34,070 nucleotides of DNA, from assembly GCA_043812975.1 (NCBI GenBank), contig JBDRLP010000021.1, positions 1 to 34,070 on the forward strand, in the 5' to 3' direction. The notes beneath the pieces were generated by a model. It ran no database searches. It saw only the letters and a program-made list of their open reading frames with translations, and was not told the DNA's origin. Source of the stretch: Candidatus Iainarchaeum sp. Its GTDB lineage: Archaea > Iainarchaeota > Iainarchaeia > Iainarchaeales > Iainarchaeaceae. Shown piece after piece: positions 1-9,274 of the stretch (position 1 is its first letter; each line of letters starts with the position of its first letter). Made by a program: the position numbers and the translations under genes.

Positions 1-130
1 TCCTGCTAAGATTTATTCTGTGAGAAATTGGGATTAGGCTCACGTGGAAAAAAATTTCCACTTTATATATAGCTGCTTTAGAAGTATTTAAAAGTATCTA
101 TTTTTAAGGTCTAAAAAAGCTTGAAATGAG

Positions 131-173
131 GAAAAAAAGAAGGAAAAACGGTTTCCATTGGTTTGAAAACCGT
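131..173 (-). terminator. Hairpin plus U-tract terminator for the small ORF 183-263
   Basis: Minus strand ACGGTTTTCA-AACCAA-TGGAAACCGT forms a 10-bp stem with one G-U pair that works only on the minus strand, followed by TTTTCCTTCTTTTTTT. Confidence 0.6.
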
Positions 174-182
174 ACCCTAACT

Positions 183-263
183 TTATAGTACCCAGCCAAC
201 TCCAAAGGAGGCTAGAATTATTGAAACTAGAAGGACTAGTTTATACATTAATTTATGGCGCAT
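183..263 (-). CDS. Unannotated 26-aa single-pass membrane peptide (MRHKLMYKLVLLVSIILASFGVGWVL)
   Basis: ATG preceded by SD AGGGGTGA; TTTAAATA TATA-like box near 312-319; hydrophobic helix after a basic N-terminus; downstream terminator. Confidence 0.6.
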   Translation of the reverse strand: MRHKLMYKLVLLVSIILASFGVGWVL

Positions 264-437
264 TGAGTGTTCACCCCTCTGATATAATTGATATAAACAA
301 CTCTATTCTGCTATTTAAATATTATGGTTTTGAAAACAGAATTAAAGACCCTCAAAAATTCGAAAAATGAACGACTTAGAAATGATTTAGATGATTTTGA
401 AAAAGTATTTATACTGGAAAGTGTTTCTAATAATTAA

Positions 438-2549
438 ATGAAAAAAGAACGCTTTTTGTTTATAACTATAGGAATTGTATTTCTGATTCTTTTATTATCA
501 ACCAGTGGTTGTTTAACCCAAAAAGGATCATTACAAGACAGGTTTGCCGCTAGAGACAATAATAACAATAGTGCTAATACTGGCAATAATAATACTGGTA
601 ATACAGGAGGAAATAATAACAACGGCTCAAACAATAACCCATTAGTATTGCAGGATCTTGGTGACAAGATAGATAAATGTTTTTTAGAAAGTAATGATGC
701 TAAAACAGACAGCTGTTTAATTGAACTTGCTAAGACTGAAAAGAATGACAGCCCCTGTGAAAAAATAGTACTATTATCAAAAGACAGGTGTTATCAAGAT
801 ATAGGGGTTTTGGTAAAGGATGATTCTATTTGCGGAAAAATTGAATTAACAATTGTAAGAGAAGAATGCTTAAGCACAGTAGGTTTGGAAACACACAATG
901 CTTCTACTTGCGGAAAAATAATTTCAAGTCAGGCGAAAAGAGATGCTTGTTATGATAATGCAGGAAGAAACAATGAAGATTATGAAACATGCGAAAAAAT
1001 ATTCGATTCAACAACAAGAGACAGCTGTTACATTGATGTTGCAGACTCAACAAGCGATTATTCATTCTGTGACAGTGTAAGTTTAAGGAAAACATCTGAA
1101 GGAATTCAAAGAGATCTTTGTTATGAAGCGTCCGGAGAACAACTTAGCGGGGAAATTTGTGCTATAATTACAGACAAAGAATTCAGAGCAGAATGTTTCG
1201 AAGATGCAACTGATAAACCATCCATTAAAATTGATTGCACTATTTTTGAGGATACTAATTCAGTAAACAATTGTACAAACTGGTATGCAGCTTACTCAGG
1301 AGATATCTCCTTTTGTTATAATCTTGAATCTGATGAAATAGAACAATGTTTACAGGACTCAATAACTGCAAACCCTAATGTTGAGAATTGCAAAGAAATT
1401 CAGAACGCACACTATAAAACCAGAAACAAGTGTTATAAGGAAGCCGCACTTTCAGAAGCAGATGAAAACATTTGTGAAAACATAACAGGAAATTCAAGAT
1501 TGAAAAAAGATTGCATATTAGAAATTGCAATTGCAAAAGAAGATGTTGACTTATGTTTTGAATTAAGCGCAGCAGATATTGGAGATAAAGATGATTGTAT
1601 ATCAGAAATAGCTGCACAAACAAATGATTATACTTTATGCGAAAAAATTTCAACTGACAGAGCTTATTACAAGTGTTATGCAAACATTGCTTTAGGTTTC
1701 AATGCTCCAGAAATCTGCGGACAAGCAACAAGATCAAATCTTGTATCGCTTCCTTATGATGGAACCCAACATTGCTACAAAGAATATGCAGTGCAAACAG
1801 AAGATGCAGAAATTTGTGAAAATATAACTTTCAGTTCTTTTGAACAAGAGTGTAAGGATGCAGTAGAAATAGAATTAATCTGCCAGGACTTTGACGGAGT
1901 TTGTGACAAGGATTATTGTGATATGTCAAATGATGTTGACTGCATCCCAGGGTTTTCATGCACAAGCAACGCAGACTGTGGTGATGGCAAGGTTTCAACA
2001 AGCGATTCATGCAATACCACAACAAAGCGCTGTGTTTATACACAAATTACTGAGTGCAAAGGAGGAGACAGATACTGCCCGTCCAACTGCACTTATGAAG
2101 GAAACCCTGATGCAGAAATCCTGAATGAATCTACAGGCGCAACAAACGAGGATAATGATTGCATTGACCCTACTTTGCTTGGGAATGTTACATTTAGTGT
2201 ATGGGAAACCCCAGAAAATACGACATATACCTTGGCTAATCTGCCTGAAGCAAAAGTCACAATAATAAACTCAAGCAATGGACTTTCATTCAGCAATATT
2301 AGTTATTTCTTAAGAATAGCAAATGCAGACAATGAAATATTACAGGAAACCACTTTTAATTATGCTGAAACATTGGACCCCGAAGAGGAAGCACCAATAA
2401 CAAACACAAGTTTTATGAGTGAATTCAGAAACAATGCCTGTAGTTATGAAAATTATGATGGAACTGGAAATTACACTATAAAAGCAGGCGTTACAGGGTC
2501 AAGTACTACATCTAATAGAACATTCACAATCAGCGATGATTGCACTTAA
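438..2549 (+). CDS. Cysteine-rich repeat surface lipoprotein
   Basis: Basic and hydrophobic signal ending in lipobox-like LSTSGC; Asn/Gly-rich linker; many approx. 25-aa C-x-x-I...R-D-x-C repeats; beta-rich C-terminus with N-x-S/T sequons. Confidence 0.75.
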   Translation: MKKERFLFITIGIVFLILLLSTSGCLTQKGSLQDRFAARDNNNNSANTGNNNTGNTGGNNNNGSNNNPLVLQDLGDKIDKCFLESNDAKTDSCLIELAKTEKNDSPCEKIVLLSKDRCYQDIGVLVKDDSICGKIELTIVREECLSTVGLETHNASTCGKIISSQAKRDACYDNAGRNNEDYETCEKIFDSTTRDSCYIDVADSTSDYSFCDSVSLRKTSEGIQRDLCYEASGEQLSGEICAIITDKEFRAECFEDATDKPSIKIDCTIFEDTNSVNNCTNWYAAYSGDISFCYNLESDEIEQCLQDSITANPNVENCKEIQNAHYKTRNKCYKEAALSEADENICENITGNSRLKKDCILEIAIAKEDVDLCFELSAADIGDKDDCISEIAAQTNDYTLCEKISTDRAYYKCYANIALGFNAPEICGQATRSNLVSLPYDGTQHCYKEYAVQTEDAEICENITFSSFEQECKDAVEIELICQDFDGVCDKDYCDMSNDVDCIPGFSCTSNADCGDGKVSTSDSCNTTTKRCVYTQITECKGGDRYCPSNCTYEGNPDAEILNESTGATNEDNDCIDPTLLGNVTFSVWETPENTTYTLANLPEAKVTIINSSNGLSFSNISYFLRIANADNEILQETTFNYAETLDPEEEAPITNTSFMSEFRNNACSYENYDGTGNYTIKAGVTGSSTTSNRTFTISDDCT

Positions 2550-2608
2550 GAAAGATTTTAAACAATAAAATTGAATAGTATCTTAAACATTAGTTTTGTA
2601 AATTAAAT

Positions 2609-4405
2609 ATGAGGCAGGAAAAAATAATCGTCCTTGACTTCGGAGGACAATATACTCATTTACTGGCAAGAAGAGTAAGGGATTTAAAGGTTTACTCTGA
2701 AATAATGGCTCCGACTGTTTCTTCTGAAGAACTCAAACAGGCAAAAGGAATTATTCTCAGCGGGGGACCCCAAAGCGTTTATGAGAAAGATGCAATTGCG
2801 TTTAACCCGGAAATCTTTGAATTAGGCATACCAATTCTCGGATTGTGTTATGGTCAGCAACTAATTGCACATGAATTAGGCGGAAAAGTAACTCCTGGAA
2901 AAGTAAAAGAATACGGTTCCGCAAAATTAAACCCAAAACATGGAAAATTATTTAGCGGACTTCCATCAGAATTTACTGTGTGGATGAGTCACGGGGATAA
3001 AGTAAAAGAATTACCCAATGGTTTTGAAGGAACTGGTTCAACAAACGACTGCGAATATGCATCAATTTCTAACGAGGAAAAAAAGATTTTCGGATTACAA
3101 TTCCACCCGGAAGTAACGCATACAGAACATGGTTTGCGAATAATTTCCAATTTTATTTTTGATATATGCAAATGTAAAGAAAACTGGACTATGGAAAAAT
3201 ATTTAGAACAAAAAATCGACAAAATAAAAAAAGAAGTAAAAGACAAAAACGTATTTTTGCTTTTAAGCGGCGGCGTTGATTCAACAGTTTGTCTGGCTCT
3301 GCTTGATAAAGCATTAGGACACGAAAGAATTCATGCTCTGCACATTGATACTGGTTTTATGAGAAAAAACGAAAGTAAAATTGTTAAGACTGAATTAGAA
3401 AAACTTGGAATCAAAGAAGTTCATCTTGTGGACGCATCAGAAACATTCTTTGAAAAACTAAAAGGTGTTTTTGAACCCGAGGAAAAAAGAAAAATTATCG
3501 GGCAACTGTTTATTGATATTGCACTGGAAGAACTTAACAACATGAATTTTGAAACTGATACATGGCTCATAGGACAGGGAACTATTTATCCTGACACAAT
3601 TGAAACCGGTGGCACTGAAAATGCTAAAACAATTAAAACACACCATAACCGTGCACCCATCATAATGCAGATGATGGAAGAAGGAAAAGTAATAGAACCA
3701 CTAAACCAATTATACAAAGATGAGGTCAGAGCTCTTGGAAAATTACTTGGTTTACCAGAAGCATTGGTTGAAAGGCACCCATTCCCAGGACCAGGATTAG
3801 CCATCAGAATTCTTTGCAGCGAAGGAAATGAAAAAACAGATATGGAATTGAAGAAAAAGATTAATGAAAAAACAATGCTGCTAGGATATTCCGCAAAGGT
3901 ACTTCCTGTAAAAGCAGTCGGGGTACAGGGAGATAACAGGACATATTCAAACGCGGTTGTTTTGCAGGGGAAGTTAGATTATAATGAACTGGAAGAAGCT
4001 TCAACAACAGTTACAAACGAATTTTCAAACGTGAACAGAGTTGTTTATCTTGTAGAACCAAAAGAAATTACCAAACTTGAACTTGAAAAAGCTTATCTTA
4101 CAAAAGAAAGAACAAAAAAGCTTCAGGAAGCTGATGCAATAGTAATGAATCTTATCGAAAAAAAAGAACTTATGAAAGAAATCTGGCAATTCCCTGTTGT
4201 TTTACTTCCGATTAACTTTAATTCCAAAGGAGAAGGAATTGTTCTGAGGCCTGTTTATTCTAAAGAAGCAATGACTGCAAAGTTCGCAAAACTAAGCGAA
4301 TCAATTTTACAAGAAATAGTTAAAGAAATCCTGAAAATAAAAGGAATCGGCGCAGTAATGATTGATGTAACCCACAAACCACCAGCAACTATTGAGTGGG
4401 AGTGA
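2609..4405 (+). CDS. guaA: GMP synthase (glutamine-hydrolysing), fused GATase plus ATPPase
   Basis: DFGGQY, GLCYGQQ, QFHPEV, LSGGVDS, IKTHHN, HPFPGPGL motifs; C-terminal KPPATIEWE. Confidence 0.97.
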   Translation: MRQEKIIVLDFGGQYTHLLARRVRDLKVYSEIMAPTVSSEELKQAKGIILSGGPQSVYEKDAIAFNPEIFELGIPILGLCYGQQLIAHELGGKVTPGKVKEYGSAKLNPKHGKLFSGLPSEFTVWMSHGDKVKELPNGFEGTGSTNDCEYASISNEEKKIFGLQFHPEVTHTEHGLRIISNFIFDICKCKENWTMEKYLEQKIDKIKKEVKDKNVFLLLSGGVDSTVCLALLDKALGHERIHALHIDTGFMRKNESKIVKTELEKLGIKEVHLVDASETFFEKLKGVFEPEEKRKIIGQLFIDIALEELNNMNFETDTWLIGQGTIYPDTIETGGTENAKTIKTHHNRAPIIMQMMEEGKVIEPLNQLYKDEVRALGKLLGLPEALVERHPFPGPGLAIRILCSEGNEKTDMELKKKINEKTMLLGYSAKVLPVKAVGVQGDNRTYSNAVVLQGKLDYNELEEASTTVTNEFSNVNRVVYLVEPKEITKLELEKAYLTKERTKKLQEADAIVMNLIEKKELMKEIWQFPVVLLPINFNSKGEGIVLRPVYSKEAMTAKFAKLSESILQEIVKEILKIKGIGAVMIDVTHKPPATIEWE

Positions 4406-4425
4406 CTTATACATAACTAGAGTTT

Positions 4426-4499
4426 TTATCACCACCTTTTATTTTCTCTTTGGTGGAGATAATTGTCACCACCTTTTTTAAAAAGATTGGGGGTGATAA
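4426..4499. promoter_or_regulatory. Two tandem 37-bp palindromic operator-like sites before fic
   Basis: TTATCACCACC-N15-GGTGGAGATAA (4426-4462) directly followed by TTGTCACCACC-N15-GGGGGTGATAA (4463-4499); the last half-site contains the SD. Confidence 0.65.
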
Positions 4500-4503
4500 A
4501 ATT

Positions 4504-5484
4504 ATGGCTAGCATAATTGAAAGAAAAAAGAACGGGACAAGCTACTTCTATTTGGAGAGGAGCATCAAAATCAGGAAGGGCAAGTGGAAGAAGGTTTCTA
4601 TTTATATCGGAAAGGACAAGCCCTCCAAAAAAGAACTTAAAACAAAGGAAAAAGAACTAGAGAAAAAATATAAAAAAGTGATGGGTTCACTTTACGATGA
4701 AAGGCTGAGCAAATATTCATTTTCTTTTCTATCAAAAAAAGAGTTGTCCGAGGTCGAAAGAATAAAAGACACATTTTTGGCCAGATTTGAAAAATTATCC
4801 GAAAAGAAAAAAGAGGCCTTCAGAAAAAAACAAGTCATTGATTTCGTTTACACTACTTTAAGAACTGAGGGAATCGATGTTGATTTTTCAAATGTTGAAA
4901 CTGCTTTTACCATTCTTAAAAAAAGGAAAAGAGAATACACTTTCGACAAAAAAGTTATTATTTCAAGCACAATGATTACCGGGTTGAATTTTCTTCCCAA
5001 AATAAAGTTTAATGAGAAAGATGTTCTTAGATTACATGGAATAATTATGTCTTCATCTGAAGACAAGAGCCCTGGACAAATACGAGATGATCAGAGAATA
5101 ATTGCCAAGTTTGATGCCTTGACATTCCAATCCAAGGAAATAAACTACAGACCTCCAAACCCTGAAAAAGTTGCTTCAGAATATAAAAATTTTTTCAACT
5201 GGTTTAATAGCCACAAAAACACTCACCCACTAGAACTTGCAGCCTTAGTACACTTGAAGCTATATCTAATTCATCCATTTAAGGATGGGAACAAAAGGAT
5301 GTGCCGCTTGCTTTTCAACAAGGTACTGCAAGATACAGACTACCCCATCCTAAATATTTCAAAGGATACTTCCCACTACTTTAAAGAGCTCATAAAATCT
5401 GTAGAATCGGGAGATGAAAAGTTCTTTGTAACGTTCTGCTATAATACATTCCTGAAACAAATTAAGCATCGGAGGCTGAACTAG
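4504..5484 (+). CDS. Fic/Doc family protein with N-terminal basic putative DNA-binding domain
   Basis: HPFKDGNKRMCR Fic motif; start moved from 4450 to ATG 4504 behind SD GGGGGTGAT. Confidence 0.88.
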   Translation: MASIIERKKNGTSYFYLERSIKIRKGKWKKVSIYIGKDKPSKKELKTKEKELEKKYKKVMGSLYDERLSKYSFSFLSKKELSEVERIKDTFLARFEKLSEKKKEAFRKKQVIDFVYTTLRTEGIDVDFSNVETAFTILKKRKREYTFDKKVIISSTMITGLNFLPKIKFNEKDVLRLHGIIMSSSEDKSPGQIRDDQRIIAKFDALTFQSKEINYRPPNPEKVASEYKNFFNWFNSHKNTHPLELAALVHLKLYLIHPFKDGNKRMCRLLFNKVLQDTDYPILNISKDTSHYFKELIKSVESGDEKFFVTFCYNTFLKQIKHRRLN

Positions 5485-5651
5485 ATGGACCAGAAAGAAG
5501 TTATCGATAAAATTGGAAAAGAAAGATGGAAGGATTTTGAGAAATTTATGAGGGGCAAACCGTAGGCCTGAATCCGGATGGAAGCCACGATTACTATCCT
5601 TGAGATGTAGAGAATTTCTTAAGGCCGGAACACAAAAGATTTTTTGATTAA
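5485..5651 (+). pseudogene. Disrupted approx. 55-aa small protein
   Basis: MDQKEVIDKIGKERWKDFEKFMRG, then a 1-nt deletion, then QTVGLNPDGSHDYYP*(TGA)DVENFLRPEHKRFFD*; span is 167 nt (3n-1); ATG immediately after the fic stop. Confidence 0.55.
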
Positions 5652-5697
5652 ATTCTGAGCTTTAAGAATTTTCTGGGATGGTTGCATTCTCACAAAG

Positions 5698-5712
5698 ATT
5701 AAATGGAAGTGA
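5698..5712 (+). repeat. Degenerate copy of the guaA 3' end (possible attR)
   Basis: ATTAAATGGAAGTGA versus guaA ATTGAGTGGGAGTGA (4391-4405), 12/15 identical. Confidence 0.4.
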
Positions 5713-5752
5713 AATCAAAAACTTAATATTAGAGGAAGACTAAATTATAATC

Positions 5753-6007
5753 ATGAAAACAAATCTCAGAAATTTGTTTGAACCATTTTTTTATTCAATT
5801 CTTGGCATGATAATGGTTTCTCTGTTTGCAATATCACTTATTCAGGCAATTGCTATTCAGCTTGAAGGCAGATTATCCGACTCATTCTTTTTATACATGG
5901 CGGCAATTCTTTCATTCTTAGGGGCAGCTCTTGTTTACGCCCGTGCAAGAAGAATAATAAAAATAATCTTAGATTCAGAATACATATCGGATTTGCTAAG
6001 GAAATAA
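5753..6007 (+). CDS. Small membrane protein with two TM helices
   Basis: Two hydrophobic segments; GAGGA upstream. Confidence 0.7.
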   Translation: MKTNLRNLFEPFFYSILGMIMVSLFAISLIQAIAIQLEGRLSDSFFLYMAAILSFLGAALVYARARRIIKIILDSEYISDLLRK

Positions 6008-6084
6008 TTCTTAAATAGCCTTAATCCTACTCGCTTCTAAAGAAAACGTATATATTCTTTATTTACATTAATAAAAGGGATTTC

Positions 6085-9000
6085 ATGGCAAAAGAAGAAA
6101 AAGAACATAAAACCACTGAAAACGAAGAAACAAGACCTCTCGGGGATGAAAGAGTAGAGGAAACCATTGTTTCTGATGATTTAGACTTATTTGATGAAGT
6201 TCTCGGAGACAAAAAAACCAGTGATTTGAAAGAAATAGTTGACAAGAATGATCCGGTTGAGGATGAGAAAGAAGACGAAGAAGAGGAATCTGAAGACGAA
6301 GAAAGTGGCAAAGAGGACGAAGAAGATTCTGATAAGGAAGAAGATGAAAAACAAGACGAAGATGATGTTGATGAAAAGGAAATTAAAAAAGTAGAAGAAA
6401 CTCCTGAAGATGAAGAAAAAACAGAAGATGAAGAATCTGAAGACGAAGAAGAAAGTGAAGAGGATTCTGACGAAGAAGAATCTGAAAAAGATGATACTAT
6501 TGATGCTGATGCTAAGGAAAAAGATGAAACTGAAGAAATAGAGGAAGATGACGAAGAAACTGAAGACGAAGAATCTGAAGACGAAGAAAGTGATGAGGGG
6601 AATGAAGAAAGTGAAGATGATACTGTTGATGCTGATTCACAGGAACCTGAGGAACTGAAAGCTTTAGTTAAGGAAGATATCAAAAATACTATTCTTGAAA
6701 AAGCAGATACTGCAGCAGAAGGAGCAAACGCAATTCCTCTTGGAGAAAAACTTGAATTTTTAGAGGATAAAGAAAACAATTCTGTTTTTATCGGAAGAAA
6801 ATCAAACATATTCAAAAAATTTGGGAGTGAAGCAGCACTGCAGATAGGAAAAGTTCAGGAAACCGAACATGAATACAAAGACGTTTATTTAGACTCATTA
6901 AACCCGCACGTTGTGTTTGTATGCGGAGCAAGAGGCTCAGGAAAAAGTTATGTCCTTGGAGTAATTGCAGAAGAACTCGCAGAAAAAAACAAAAATGTTG
7001 GAATGATAGTTGTTGACCCGATAGGAGTATTCTGGTCAATGAAGTATCCGAACAAAGAAGAAAAGGAAGTTGAAAAACTTATTAAATGGGGTTTAGAACC
7101 ACAAGGTTTGAAAAATATGAAAGTTTTCATTCCTGAAGGAGTAAAAAAAGAAGTTCCAAAATCAACTTATGATTCTGGCTTTTCAATACAACCATCATTG
7201 CTGACAGGAGAAGACTGGGCATTAACATTTGGAATCGATAGATTCAGTGTTTCCGGATTATTATTAGAAAAAGTTCTGAAAAAAGTAGAAAAAGGTTACA
7301 AACAAAAAGAAACTAACAAAAAAATTCCTGGAAAAAGAAAAAACTTTTCAATTAACGATTTAACTACTTGTTTAGAAACAGACGCTGAATTAAACAGCAG
7401 GGAAAAAGGTTACAAGCCTGATTCAATAAGAGCAATAACAAGCAGATTTGAAGCAGCAAAAACATGGGGGATTTTCGATGAAAAAGGAACTCCATTAGGA
7501 AAACTTTCAAGAGAAGGCCAGATGACTGTTCTTGACACCTCCTTTTTGGATGATAATGTAACTGCTTTGGTAATCGGAATCCTGGCAAGAAGACTATTGG
7601 CAGCAAGAAAAATTTCAACAAGAAAAGAAGCAGCAAACCAGTTCAAAGAATTAAACATGGAAGAACTGATTGAATTAGAAATTCCACCAACATGGTTATT
7701 TATTGACGAAGCACACACCTTAATTCCAAGCGGAAATGAAGTAACCGCAGCAACCTCAGGGTTAATTGAATATGTAAAACAAGGAAGAAGACCTGGATTA
7801 TCACTGGTATTTGCAACACAACAACCCTCAGCTATTAGCACTAAAGTTTTGAGTCAGCTTGACATAATAATAACACACAAGCTGATATTTGATGATGATA
7901 TTAAAGCAGTATTCAAAAGAACCCCAACCATAATCCCAAAGAGGTATAGAAACCCAAATTTCATCAAAACACTTCCTGTAGGGGTAGCAGTAACAGGAGA
8001 CAGGCGTGAAGAAACATCAAGAGCATTCGTAATGGGTATAAGGCCAAGAAAAAGTCAGCACGAAGGAAGAGATGCTGAAACAACAGGATTTTCAGAAACA
8101 CTTGATGAAAAACAAGTTGAAAAAATTGCAGTCGGAATGATTTCTAAAGATCTTGAAAGAGAAGAATCAATTGATATTGAAAAAGTCCAGTTAGCTGTGG
8201 AAACTCTGAACAATAAGTATCACGCTAATATTGATTTTAAAAAAATCCTCAGAAAACTTGAAGAAAAAGGATTTGTGGTCGGAGAAACCAGCGTAATGGT
8301 TAAAGGATATGTTCAGGAAAATGCTGTTGATGAATTAACCGAAGATGACAAGGACGAAGAAGAGGAAAACGAAGAAGAAAATGATGAAGAAGATAAAAAA
8401 GAAGATGACGAAGAGGAGGAAGGTGATGAGGAGGAAGAAGTAGAAGCAGTTGAATTGCTTTCACTGCCAAAAAGGATTTCTGAAGAAAATGCAAGAAAAA
8501 TTGTGGAAAGACTCAGGAAAAAAAGATTATTTGGTTTGCTTGGAAACGCTGACAGGATTGAAGAAATCCAGCTTAAATATTTCCCTATGTGGAGAGTAAA
8601 GTTTGATGTTATGACAAGAGGGAAGGAATTCATTTCCAGAGAATGTTTCATAAACTCAATAAGCGGAGAATTTGTACATTTTAAAGATGGGAATTTTATT
8701 GAATCAAAAGGCCTGAGAAATTTAAGCGAACTTAACCCGGAAGAAGTGCTTGTTATGAGTGGCCTCCAAAAAAAAGAACTTTTAATTGAAGAAATAATGG
8801 CACAAACAGAATTAGAAGAAGCAAAAACAAGAAGAATTTTACAAAAACTCATGGAAAAATCATTGGTTGAAAAAATTACTGATAAAAAAACCGGAAAAAC
8901 CATCTATTGGGTAAAAGAAAAAATAGATCTGCCTCCAAACGAAAAGCATGAGATGTTATCCTCTATTGCGTCACTTCCTTTTGTAAAAGCAGAAGCATTG

Positions 9001-9186
9001 AGCATGGAAAGAGAAAATTATTCGAAAGAAGAAGCTGCAGAATCACTCAAAAAACTATGGCCAAATGTTATAGTAAAAAAAACAGAAGCCTTACACAAAC
9101 CAGTCTGGCATATCGTGCTTTCAGAAGACGCAAAAGAAAGAATTGTTCTTATTGATGCGGTTAATGGAAAAATAATACAGCAGTAA
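6085..9186 (+). CDS. HerA/FtsK-like (DUF87) ATPase with long acidic N-terminus and C-terminal winged-helix region
   Basis: Walker A GARGSGKS, VVDPIG, Walker B LFIDEAH, GRRPGLSLVFATQQP; D/E-rich residues approx. 1-190 and approx. 750-790. Confidence 0.85.
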   Translation: MAKEEKEHKTTENEETRPLGDERVEETIVSDDLDLFDEVLGDKKTSDLKEIVDKNDPVEDEKEDEEEESEDEESGKEDEEDSDKEEDEKQDEDDVDEKEIKKVEETPEDEEKTEDEESEDEEESEEDSDEEESEKDDTIDADAKEKDETEEIEEDDEETEDEESEDEESDEGNEESEDDTVDADSQEPEELKALVKEDIKNTILEKADTAAEGANAIPLGEKLEFLEDKENNSVFIGRKSNIFKKFGSEAALQIGKVQETEHEYKDVYLDSLNPHVVFVCGARGSGKSYVLGVIAEELAEKNKNVGMIVVDPIGVFWSMKYPNKEEKEVEKLIKWGLEPQGLKNMKVFIPEGVKKEVPKSTYDSGFSIQPSLLTGEDWALTFGIDRFSVSGLLLEKVLKKVEKGYKQKETNKKIPGKRKNFSINDLTTCLETDAELNSREKGYKPDSIRAITSRFEAAKTWGIFDEKGTPLGKLSREGQMTVLDTSFLDDNVTALVIGILARRLLAARKISTRKEAANQFKELNMEELIELEIPPTWLFIDEAHTLIPSGNEVTAATSGLIEYVKQGRRPGLSLVFATQQPSAISTKVLSQLDIIITHKLIFDDDIKAVFKRTPTIIPKRYRNPNFIKTLPVGVAVTGDRREETSRAFVMGIRPRKSQHEGRDAETTGFSETLDEKQVEKIAVGMISKDLEREESIDIEKVQLAVETLNNKYHANIDFKKILRKLEEKGFVVGETSVMVKGYVQENAVDELTEDDKDEEEENEEENDEEDKKEDDEEEEGDEEEEVEAVELLSLPKRISEENARKIVERLRKKRLFGLLGNADRIEEIQLKYFPMWRVKFDVMTRGKEFISRECFINSISGEFVHFKDGNFIESKGLRNLSELNPEEVLVMSGLQKKELLIEEIMAQTELEEAKTRRILQKLMEKSLVEKITDKKTGKTIYWVKEKIDLPPNEKHEMLSSIASLPFVKAEALSMERENYSKEEAAESLKKLWPNVIVKKTEALHKPVWHIVLSEDAKERIVLIDAVNGKIIQQ

Positions 9187-9249
9187 GTTCTATCGAGCAC
9201 AATCGAAGATAGAACGCCGCCCAAAGGGCGTCCACCGACGCAACGGCGG
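9187..9249 (+). repeat. Stop-codon-anchored palindromic element, copy A
   Basis: GTTCTATC-GAGCACAATCGAA-GATAGAAC; CGCCC-AAA-GGGCG; CCACCG-ACGCAA-CGGCGG; flanked by a duplicated gene end (9163-9186 and 9251-9274). Confidence 0.9.
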
Positions 9250-9274
9250 TAATGGAAAAATAATTTCACAATAA

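Noticed and set aside
4450..4503. Longer fic start at 4450
   Set aside because: It runs through the palindromic repeats; ATG 4504 has a proper SD.
6063..6815. 250-aa Ser-rich minus-strand ORF and similar antisense ORFs (8313-8903, 17415-17918, 23615-24352, 33269-33673)
   Set aside because: Shadow frames of Glu/Asp/Lys-rich genes on the opposite strand.
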